NCBI GenBank assembly: GCA_013239625.1
Contig: MU053652.1
Location: forward strand, 3,957,902-4,021,901
DNA from: Lama guanicoe
Lineage: Eukaryota
Length of the DNA: 64,000 nucleotides
Direction: 5' to 3'
The notes beneath the pieces were generated by a model. The model was not told the origin of the DNA, ran no database searches, and saw only the letters and a program-made list of their open reading frames with translations. The position numbers were made by a program, and so were the translations under genes. This document shows positions 50,801 through 62,800 of the stretch, piece after piece. The first letter of the stretch is position 1; the number at the start of each line of letters is the position of its first letter.

Positions 50801-53800
50801 CTCTCACTTTGACTATTTTAAGAGTTTCTTAACCTTCCTGCTTCTACTCTTTTCCTGGTCTACCCTTTACAAAGCAGCCAGTGTTTTTTAAACAGGTAAA
50901 TCAGATCATGTCACACCTCTGTTTAAAAATCTCCAAAGGCTTTCCTTTGCACTGAATCAACTTCAAGTTCCCTATCTTTGCTTACATATCCTGCATAAAG
51001 CGGCCCCAGACCACTTTTGACTCCACCTGAGGGTTAACTGTCACCTTCTTGGTGGTCTACACACCCTATCTGCACAATCTAAAGTAGTCTACTACATGAT
51101 GTGTCATCCTGTTTAAATTTCCTTAACCATATCCACCATTCTCTGAAAGTCTTGTTTCCTTAATTATTTATTACTGTTTTTCTCCAACTTTAATGTATCA
51201 TGAAAGTAGAGGCCTTGCTTTGCCTAGTATACAGCAGGAGTCCAACAGCATGCACACACGTTCCATGACAGCACTGCAGATAAATCTCCTCCCGTGCAGG
51301 ATTCCCTTGACTCACCAAAGACATGGGGCACTTCTCCAGCTCTTCCTCATTCTTGATCTGAACATCTGCGATGGAGATGTACTTGTGCTGGGGAAGGTAA
51401 GACACCAACAAGAGGCTAAGGGCCTCAATCACATGTGTACCAGCCTATTTCTTAACTTACTCAATGATAAGGAAACGTCCTGTTTATGTGTCTTTTATCC
51501 CAAATAGACCAATTACTCTCTGAAGGCAGGAATCTTATTTATCTTTGAATCATGAATACCAGCAAAGTGCTTCATATATAGTATTTGTTTATTCCATGTT
51601 TCCATATTTGTTGAAAGGCAGCAAATAGCCTAGAATATACCTTCAACCAAAGTGCAAGGGGAAGGCAAGAAGAGGACCTTGACCCTGGACCGCTGCACTG
51701 AGAGTTTCGCCACATGTATATGTATGTGTGTGCATGTGTGTACAGAGTGATGAGATGAGGTGGGCTAGGGTTCAAGGTCTGTGCAAGGAATGACTACTCT
51801 TATTCGTGCTCACACACGGATATTGAACTGATGCTACTCAATCCTGGGCCTGGGGAAGTTAGTGAGCCTCTAAAAAGAGAGCAGTGAGAGGAAAGAAAGC
51901 AAGAAGGGGGAGAGAGAAGAGTGGGAGGAGGGAAAAGGACTGAGAGGAAGAAAGGAGAACTTTTCATCCATCCGAATGTAGGGCACTGAATAAGTAGGGA
52001 GAAACCTGATTTTTAATCTTTTTGGCCAAAATGCCTGCAGGGGAAATACAGAATAACACGCTCAGAATGTGCCTGGTGGAAGGGCTCTACCCAGGACCCA
52101 GGACCCTATTAATCCAACTTGCCTTGATGACTCCCTATCCCTGAAGACTGAGAGCCCACCCTGGTCACCTGCTTGAGGGTCTTCACACTCTCATGGATGG
52201 GCCTGGGTAATCCAACCAAGGTATCTGTGTCCCTGTGAAATGCAAGACACACCAAATCATAAGGGTCAAAAGTATACAGAACTACCGAACCCCCCTGGAG
52301 TCACAGGGACCATACAGTCAACACCTGGTACCCTGGCTCCTTCTCCACAAGCCTCTGGGTTCCCCATCATTACTTCAGGGCACAAAAAGAGAAGTAGAGA
52401 AGTGTTCCTGAAAATTAGGATTTCTGCATCATCTTACAGGGACTCACTTTGTCTGGAAGTAGATCCCTACTCAAAAGGGCATGTCGCCCAGCAACATTTT
52501 TGACAGTAAAACAGCAGTAACAATGGCTTCTCAGGTTTTATAATGGTCAGTGAGAGGAGTCACAAGAGTGGGGAAACAGGGAAGGACTGGATCTGTTCTG
52601 ACCACATCAATTCTTCACAGAATTCTGGCCAATTAGAGAAAGGCTTGTAGGTACCATGTTGTAACACTCTGACGAGAAAACTGATGCTCAGGGGGGAAAT
52701 GACTTGTTCAAGGTCCTACACCTGGCTGAGAACACGGAAGTTCTAGGAAACTGAAAGGAAAAAATTCCATGGCAAAGCAGTCACTGGAAGTTGCCCAGGC
52801 TCTGGGTTGTATCATCATGACCAGGCAACATCTCATTCCAAGCCACCCACTCCTCTGACCCCCTAAGAATCTCTCTATAGCCAGTTCTGACCATCTACTT
52901 ACTGCCCCAGAGTGAATCCGATGAACTTGTTCCTGCTCATCTCCAAGAAGTGCTCAATGTCCTTCTGTCTGAGGACGGTGGAGAGACAAATCCCAGAGAA
53001 GGGAAGAAAAGCAAACCTTAAGAGAGAGAACCTTACTGGGCTCCCACCCCTCTGCTTGGAGAACTGAAATGGCAGGGGAAGGCAGCAGCCAACAGAGGGA
53101 ACTTGAAACCCAGGAGTTCTGACTCCGAGCCCAGCTTACTGAGCCTTGAATGCACAGACCACTCCACCCTGGGCCTCCAGTGACTGAAACCCCAAAGCTC
53201 AGGATCCCTAGTGTTATCAAACCTACCTAACCTTCGGGGCCCAGGGTAGGCCCTTGGGAAAGGCCACCCGCTCAGCAGAGAGGGATGCCTGTGAGGGTGG
53301 AGGTGGCACCAGAGGGTCCTGCTCTAGCAAGTCTAACTCTCCATCCAAGGTTCGTTCTCCATCACCAGCAGACTCCTCTTCATCCTCTGTGGCTGGTTCC
53401 TCAGTCTTAAAAAGGTCTCTTTCGTTGTAGATGTCCAAGCTGTCCTGCTTAGTAAGGAGTTGCTGGGGTGGGGGGTGAGGACAGGAGGAGACAGGGAAGG
53501 TGTGCAGAGATCTCACCCTAGGCATCCTTGTCTGAGACCACCCTCTACCCACAGGCTGCTAGACTCAGGGAACATGGAGCAAGAACCAACCTTTAGTGAG
53601 AACATTACTGTCCCACCAGGCCCAATTCCAGGACAAACAGCTCTCATGTAACCATCCCAATGGCTGGGAAACAGAGCATAGATAATCCCCAAGTCATAGT
53701 TACTTAGCTTTCAGAAAGCACTGATGCCTTTTTTTTTTTTTTTTTGCCAGCACTTTCCTTCCTAATTATGCTCTACTTAGGTGAACATTCAATTAGTTTG

Positions 53801-56800
53801 CCTTCTGTGAGCATACACCAGCTGGCTGACTGAGGAAGAAGAGGACAGAAGCTTGCTGCTAGGCAGAGGGAAATGAGTTTGGAATTTTAAATCTTGTCAC
53901 AGAAAGAAAAAAAGATCGGACAGAAATAGGCCAAAAAGTTAACAGTGACTGCCTCTGTTTGTTAAGACTGTGGGTGACTTTTTTTTCCTCCCTTCTTCAC
54001 ATTTTTATATTTGTTCTAAATTTTCTACAATGAGTAAGCATTACTTTATAAAACAAAAAATAAAGGTTAAAAATAATCACATTGCAGATAATGTAGACTA
54101 GACTACTGAGTGTGACTGTCTGCCCCCGTCACCTGCAGTTGGTGAACTTGGGTAGAGCAGGCAGGTGAGTTCTCGGGAGCAGGATCAGGTCTCAGGGCAA
54201 CCTGCCATCCTGAACTTTCCAGGGATGCAGACTATTATCTAGGACCCTAAGCAGTCAGCCTCTGGTACCAAGGCCAGACAAAAGCATGGCTGGCTCAGGG
54301 TCAATCTTGCTGACAAGAAAATGATAAAGTGCCTCACCCAGGTACCTATGCCCAGGATTCTACCCTAACTGTTGTTCAGGATGCTAGGGAGGCACTGAGG
54401 TCTAAGCCAACGATCTTGTAGCAAGACATGGATCTATAATGTGGTATCACAATGTTACATCTTGTCAGCCTAGAAGCCAGTCAAGGCTGGGACATAGAGG
54501 CCAAAGTATAGCCTTCAAGGTTTCAGGTCGGTCACAGGGCCAATCAGGGTCAGGACAGCTGGGTTGTTTACTGTTCTCTCTTACCACATCCAGAGCTGCT
54601 TAGAATCTTGATTTTTGGCTAGCTAGCGTCACAACACTACTGTCTGCTTTAGCCCATACCCTTCGAGAACCACGGCGACCTCGCAGTTTAGAAGGTGGGG
54701 GTGCCAGTTGAGATTCCCCCAGGTCGAGAGTGTAGGAGGGCGGGGAGGCAGCACGCATGCTCTTCACCACCTGGATACTGTCCTCAGCCAGTGGAGGCAG
54801 GCCCAATTCTGCCCGCTTCTGTACTTTGAGAGCCTGAAGATGCTCAAAGCCACCGAGGGTAAACTGAGGGGTAAACAGGAAAGGGGCAGAGAAGAGAGGA
54901 AGGGAGGGAAGTCAGAGAGAGCGAGGTCAGGGAAACATGGATGCAGAGGAAGAGCCACAGCCTCCACTCCCCTCAGAACCCCCTCCTTAATTAGGAAGTA
55001 ATAAAACAGGAAGAGGCAAAAAATGTGGTTACTATTCCCAGTCTCCGAGGTGGTTACTATCCCTCAGAGTTCAGGGGTCAGGATAAAGCATTATTTACTG
55101 ACCCAGGGCTAGAAATATCACCAGAAATTAGGAAAGGGAGTACTGGGGGCCTCCGCTGAAAAAGCAGGAAACTGTACCCCCTTTTAAGGAGCACATCCAG
55201 ATGTTATAAACCCCCAGAGTCACTCATTTTCCTCTGTAGTCAACAGGCAGTGCCCCCTGAGGCCTGCCCTGGGGGGTATGTTGTTCAACTAGTCTTGTGG
55301 GGTGGGAGCCAGAGATGAAGGATCCAGCTGAATAATTAGTAACAAAACTGCAACCATATACTTACGAACACTTCATTTTTTAAAAAGCAAATCCTCTCTT
55401 TATCGGGATGGAGAATAGGCACTAATCTCCACATTTTACAGCTAGAGAAACCGAGGCACAGAGACTGGCCCAAGGTTCCTCAGTATCAGCAGAGACCAGA
55501 TCTCTCAACTCTCAGCCAGTCTTCTTTCCACAAAGCATCAGCTGTATCAGGGGAAGGTGCAATGACACTTCGACCCAGAGTGGCATCTCCCGTCAGTCCG
55601 ACAGAAAGAGGTAACCTGCTCTGACACAGAACACTGATTCCTCTAGAACAGCCTTAAACTGGCCCTCCCCTGGCTGACAGCTGCCCTATTCTTCTGCCTA
55701 GCTCCAGCCTCCTGGAATCAGACTAGAAGAAACGGAGGTGGCAGAGGGCACTGCTGATCTGATGAGATGGGAGAGGGGAGAATCAGCCACTCACCATGAC
55801 TACCTTCCAGAGCAGAAGCAGGACCTTCTTTATGGGGAAGTGCGGAGCCAGGCCACTGCAGAACTTGGTAACCATAGAGAAAAGCAGAAGGGCAAAAGGC
55901 TCCTCATTATGCGTGGAGAAGCCTGGGGGTGTGGAGAGAGGCAAGTGAGAAAGGGAGGATGAGGTAGCTGAAACTCGGTCCCGGTAACCCTGTCTGGACA
56001 CAGTGAGGAAGGCACTCTCCTCTCCCAAAGAATTTGAGTAGTTGGTCCTTAGAAGGAGGCTTAGAGTGCCCCCAGGGTGAAGCCCCTCAAGGCCAGGAAG
56101 GGAGATCATGGAGGTATAATGGCGCAGTTCCTGAAGCGTTAGAGGTGGATGCCAAACTAGAAGTTATGCTAATAAAGATGTTGCTTTCTGGCTGAAGGAC
56201 TCAATGCACTTTGTAGATCACAACTCACTTTCCCACATCAATGAATGTATTTTCAAACATCCCACAGGCCTTTATATCTTATCCTTGGCTGATGACAACA
56301 TTAACTTACATTTTCAAGGTAAGTCAACTCATTTTTGCATGTGGGATTTGTGATAGAATGGGAGACAGATGACTATTCTCATTTAAAATGAAGAAGACCA
56401 AGGCATAGAGAAGACATATGACTGGTCCTAGCTCATAGACACAGGGGCAATCAAGCCAGGCCCTCATGCCTGCCACAAAGTGTCTCTGTCCTAAAAGAAC
56501 GTATGCTAATTCTAAAAAAAAAAATGAAAAAGAAGAAAACAAACTAGGCAGACGCTGTGCTTCCCCTCTGCCATAGGCACCTCAGCTGCCGCTTCTTACT
56601 CAATTCGGTGCGGAAGGTCTCCCGGGCTGTCCTCCACCCGCAGGAGTCGGTCTCTCGCTCCAGGCGAATATTTTCCACCATTAGGTACATGACACTCAGC
56701 AGCACCCTGGGGTTATAGAGGGATCACAAGAAGTTCCCAAGGCAGTTCCCAGCCTATAGTCTGAGACCTCAGAGATGGTCTCAATGGGAGCCGAATCCAG

Positions 56801-59800
56801 TGGAATTAGCAACTTCTAGTGGTCTGGGTGCATCTGAAATTTGGGCAAAGGTAACCCATTGCTAATCACCCCTTGTTCCAATCCCATGGCCAGCCCCACT
56901 CACCGGAGCTCTGTGCTATCAGCAATGGAGATGGCTGGTTTCCGAAGAGCACTGCTACAGGCCTGGCTGTTGCTGCCATGGGGACAATAGACAAAATGGG
57001 AACTCATAGGCCTCTTTATTCCCTGCATCTCCACTTATCATACACATAAACATGAGTACCGGCTACCCCCTGGCTATGTGGCTATAAAGAAATTGGTGTA
57101 AGGGAAGGGAGTCCACAGAATTCTTCTGCCACCTCAGCAAACTCGTATCTGTGGTGAAGACAGGCAAGGGCAGGGTCTGGGATATGTACTCCTCTTGTAA
57201 CCCCCACGTGTCTAATAGTGTGCTGAATACAGAAAAGATGCTAAGCAACACTTGGTGAATAATAAACAGAATTCACTCCATCTGAAACTCCTGGCTGATA
57301 GGCATGAGATAAAACGAAGGATCACTATAGTGGTAGCAGCAGACAAGGCCACCTCTAGAGCTATAACCCAGGAGGGAAAGAATCAGACACAGCAACAGGA
57401 ATTGGTCCCATCCCTCTTGGGTCATGTTCTTAGGCAGAACAGTCTCCTTCACAGATTCCAGAGTTAGGCTGAGCTGAGAAGGTGTTTGGATAAAAAAAGA
57501 AATCCACCCAGCATAGGCCCCTGAAACCCAGGACTGAAACTGTAAGTGGGGCAGAAGCTGCAGATGAGCCCAACCTCAGAGGAGGATGGAATGTCAGAGA
57601 GCACAGCTGGATGGAGGGGAACTGTTAGCGAGCTTTGGACTGAGGTGTGACTAGACCCAGCTTCTTCCACAAAGGTCTCTCTAGTGAGGCAACCAGCATA
57701 GGACATGAGGCATTCTTCAAAGGAGGGGGTTGGCAGCCCTCCCTTAAGGCTTCTCACTCGATTTCCATGTGGAGTAGCTCCAGGAAGGCCGAGAAGGTCC
57801 CCATCTGATAGAGCAGGAAGCAGTTGTACCTGGACCAGTGTAGCACATCGACCTCTGAATCACATTCCCCAAAAGTGCCTAAAGGACAAGACAGCGCCAT
57901 AGGGGTTGAGGGGGATGGGGTTATCCCAGTTCTTTCCACCCTGCCCCATGATCTTAAGACTATCTTCCAACACCATGCCCAACAATTAGGCTGACAAAGG
58001 TAGGGTGAGGGCCCCCCCTCAGAACTTTCTGGAATGAGGCAGGGGAGAGGAAAAGCAGTCCCCAGAGCTAGGTCCAATGTGCTCATCACTGGCCTGTCTT
58101 AAGTTTGAGTTCCCTGAGAAGCACATCCAGAGATAAAGATTCAAGTGCAAGTAGTTTATTTGGGAGTTGATCCCAGCAACCATTAGTAAAAAGTTGGGAA
58201 GTGACATAAGGAAGAGAAGGCAGCCAAGGGCTCAGTCCCAGTGGGGAGAAGCTCTGGAAAACAGTACAAAACACACAATTCAGAACCATCCCACCCAAGA
58301 AGGGTGAGGTAGTCAGGCTCTTCATCCACTAACTCCTGGCAGTCACTGATGAGTGCGGATGGACTAGGGGAGCACATTAATTCCCTAGCACTTCTTGGCT
58401 TCCCTATGTGGGCTGCACAGAAAGTCCGCAGGCAAAAAGGTACTGGCAGGTGGAAGCTGGCCAGACCACTAGTCCCAAGAGATACGGTCAGGCACTTCCT
58501 TGTTTGCTATGGTCTTCCCTTCACCAGATGTCCACTCTTTCCTCTCCATTTATGATTTTCTTTTATAGGTTTTTAGCTCCCAGCTAGATCGTTCTGCCAA
58601 TAGTCCTCTTATTTATGATCTCAGGCTTTACTTTTACTACTCCAGCTAGGTTATATCATTTCTCTTTCCAACACCTGGCTAATAGGTCTCTTCTGGGAAG
58701 CTTTCCCCAATTAATCTCATTGAGTTCTGATCATCTCCAAATTACTCAACAGCATCCATTCCTGCTGCTAGGTTGGCTTGAATCTTCCAAATGCCAGTGA
58801 GAAACAATGCCAAGGGTCCATGTGTAAATCTATGGCAACTCCCTGCCTCCCCTGAGTGTTAGGGTCAGGCCACAGATGATGAAAGAAGCCTCCATGCTCA
58901 GCTGGTGGGACACTGTCAGCTCTGGTCACACTGAGAACCCAGGAAAAGGCAAAAAAAGAACCCTAGAGGAAATCCTGGCATGTCTGGAAGAATAAAGGCT
59001 GATTCCAAGGGATCCAGAACAGTACCTACCGCTACTCTCCTCATCTTCCTCATAAGCACAAGGTTACTCCTAGCACATGACAAGATCTGTCCTTGAGAGG
59101 CAGGGAACTTGCTTTCCCACATTGGCTTGCCTCATCCTAGTTCGGATAACACCATTTCTCTCCCTAGTCTCCGCCCTTCTCAAGTTGGCAAAGGTGGCCA
59201 CTCACCTTGGGCCAGGTAGAGAACAGCCCGGGCCACCTTCAGTCGACGCTCCCTACTGACCACCTCCAGCCGGTCCAGGAGTCCCATCACATAGGCCTTC
59301 TGGGCATCCTCCTCCAACTCCAGCCACTCCTTACCCTCCACTGGGGAGAGAAGGTCAACAGATCTAGAGTCAGCTACTGCCTCCCATATAGCATTTCCAC
59401 CTCTGATCTCAGCCCCCAATAAATTCTTCTCTTCAAAAGCTTTCCTTTTTTAGCTGACAAAAAATAAGGGATGGGAAAAGTAAAAAACCCAAACATTCTG
59501 GCCTGAACCCTCTCTGTAGCCTCATCTTCCTCCATAGCCCCTCCATTCCCCACATGCAGCATATACTGCCCTCTCTCTCCGTCTTTTCTCAAGGAGTTCC
59601 CTGTTTCCCTACATATCTAATTCCTATTCATCATTACAGGTTCAATACAAAATCACCCCTTCCCCATAATGCTCCAGCCAGAAGCTCTGTCCCTTGAGAT
59701 ACTTTTTACTTCTCTCATGACACTTCCCGTTTTTCTCTTGCCTCAGCTAGTTTTGTGAAGCACATGTCTCCCCTCTGCTTTCTGACTATAATCTCTTTTC

Positions 59801-62800
59801 AGATACTATAAATTCACCTTCACCTCTGCTTCCTGCATCTCTGACACAAAACAAGTACTCACCACATATTTGTTGAGCTGAAAATTGAATTGCCACTGAC
59901 CAAGTAAGGAAATGGAAGTGGATTTACTTGGTCAGTGGCAATGATCTGAGTGGATCACAGTGCGGGCACATAAAGTCATTACCAGATGCTATTAGGAGTG
60001 AGGTAGAGCTGGAGACAGGGGTTGAACAGCAAGGTGAAGGACTAAGCTGGGCACAGGGTTACCAGGCAGCAGGGCACCAGTCCAGCCCAACCTCCCCATT
60101 TCTCTGCTTTCTTGACCCTTTTCATCAGGGAAAGGGACCCAGCTCAGGCTTCTCTTCCACTGCATGACCTCTCCACTTGAGATATAAGAAACTCTGTGTC
60201 CCATATACAATAAGGGATAGAGAAGTTACACGGTTATAGAGAGGATGAAGAAGGATCACACTTTGTTTTAGGCTCTTTCTAGATCAGGCTGAATATATTA
60301 CAGAGGGAGAAAGCAGATCTCTATGAATAAGGATCTTGGATCACCTTGGGTCTTGAAATCTTCTTCAAAGCATCGTCTGTTAGTGGTGAATTCCAGGTTT
60401 TCAGTGTAGCTATACAATTCTGTGACAGGAAAGATAGGACAGAATCACAAACATTCAGCAGATCCTTATAGAAGGGGCCTGGGGTACAGAGAGTGGCATG
60501 AAAGAGCTAAAGCTTCCAACACATTCCTGTGTCCAACTCAATCCAGAGCCAGCTTCCTCCCTTTCAGAGCAGTTAAAAATAGCCACTTGTGTCTCTGGGT
60601 GATTAAACCATCAAACCTGTCCTCCTCTTGCCAGCTGGCTGCTACAGCAGAGAAGGCAGCCTTCAACATTCGATGAGGGCCAGGAGGAGGGCTGGAACAG
60701 AGAGGGCTTAGAGTCATCACTCCTGTTTCTTAGAGCAGCAATCCTTTCTGCTTGCCAACCCAGACTGGGACTATCCTGTCTCTAGGGAAAAAGGGGGCAA
60801 CACAACTGAAATTTAGAGGCAAGATCCTTGTGCTATTCAAGGAGCCAGGGTGAGGGCTGGAGAGTATGTTTTAGATGGCTCTTTGGGGTTAGAGCCAGTT
60901 CATTCTCTCCCTGCTGAATTTCCTCGAAGGGTACAGAAGTTTAGGTTCCTGCCCACAGCCACCCAGACAGAGGCAGCATCAAACTATGTAGACACAGCTT
61001 TAATTGCCAAAGGGCTGCCAGTACCTAGGAAAATCTAACTTCCCTGACAGTAGCCTCTCCATACAAAATGCAGAGAGCTTATGAGAAATAAAAATGCCCT
61101 TTCCTGTAAACACACACACACATACACACACACACACACACACTATAATACTACACCAGTACCCTCAGCTTTCAGAGGATGAAGAAGTGATGTCATTAAG
61201 TCAATGGGTGATAGAAAAACTTCCTCAAAACTCTGTTCCCTAAGATTCTCGCTGGAAACTTAACTAGGTCACAGACAATTCACAAAGCAAGAGAAATTCA
61301 CTTATGTTCCAGCCAGCTGTCTAATGGTTGAGAAACAACTTGTCTGGAAGTCAGGACTTTTGAGTCCTGAGTTCAAGAATTCTGGAGTTACCAGAAGCAA
61401 ATTTCAGCTCTGAGTCTTAATTTCTTGTCATTAGTGGGTAGTGTGGATATATATATATATAAGTAGAGCACAAACCCAGTCAAAAAAGGGAGCAAGTTTC
61501 TAAGGCAGTGAACTTTGGTTTTGTCTTTATTTTATTTTCAAATTTTAGATCATGAACTTTCATACACTACAGGTAAATAAAGAATACATAAAGACACCAT
61601 GTTTATCTTCTATCCAGATTAAACAAATGTTGACACGTCATATTTGCTTCACACATCTAAAGTCCCTTCTTCCTCCCCAGTTTATCTTCTTCCCCTCTCT
61701 AGAGGTAACTACATGATGAAATTGGTGTGTATGCTTCACGTGCCTATTTTTATACTTTTAGTACTTATGTAGGTGCCAGTAAACAACATATGATATCATT
61801 CTGTTTTAAAATTTTTTATCCAAGCAATATCATACTGTATAAATTACTTTTTCTTACAAACATTTGTCTTTCAATAGTTTTTCATGAAAAATAGTGTGAT
61901 GGACACGTTCATTCACTTAACTGACACTGTTCTCAATCAAGGGTGCGACTAGACATCCTAGAAACATCCTATAGACTCGTGTTTAGGCGGTTTTTTTGAT
62001 GCATGTATAAAATATTTTGTCGCTGCTTCTTTCCCCCCACATTATATTTTTATTATTTATTGAAATTGAAGCATATTGATATAGATCAATTGTTTTAATG
62101 ACTATACAGTAGGCTAATATATTGATATACTAGTTTATCCATTCCCCAACTAAGTTGTTTCCAATTGTTCACAATGGCAGCAATAAACATCTTTGTATGT
62201 GTTTTTCTTGTGCCCAAGAGTTTAAGTGGACAGCTAGAGTCACTGTGCCATAATATGTGTACATCTTCAACTTTGCTAGATATGACCAAACTGCTTTTCA
62301 GTTTTATACTCTGTTCCCTTATGCCAAGCAATGTATAAAAAGTACTCATTTTTCTATATCCTCATCAACCTCAGGCTTTTAAATTTTACATCTGATAATT
62401 GTTAAATAATATCTTACCATTTAAATTTATTTTTCCCCATTTACTAACATTATTGAATATCTTTTCATATATTTATTAACCATATGGTTTTCTATGACTT
62501 CTTAATTTATATTTTTTGACCATTTCTCTATTGTCTCTGTTGGGTTGTTCATCCCTCTCTCTCTCTCTCTCTCTGTGCTCCTATTCTGGGTTCTAATCCT
62601 TTGTTGGTTATTAAACTTAGCTCTCTATTTCTGTCACTCATCACAAAATTTATTCCCTAAGCTATTCACAAGAACTTCTTAAAAAGTGTTTCTCTTTTCT
62701 CTGAAAAAGCATGTCTGAAGTGTCACTTCCATGTGACAGAATATTTAACTTTCACACTATTTCCACACAAAGCTCATTTATTAATAACTGGTATTCATAG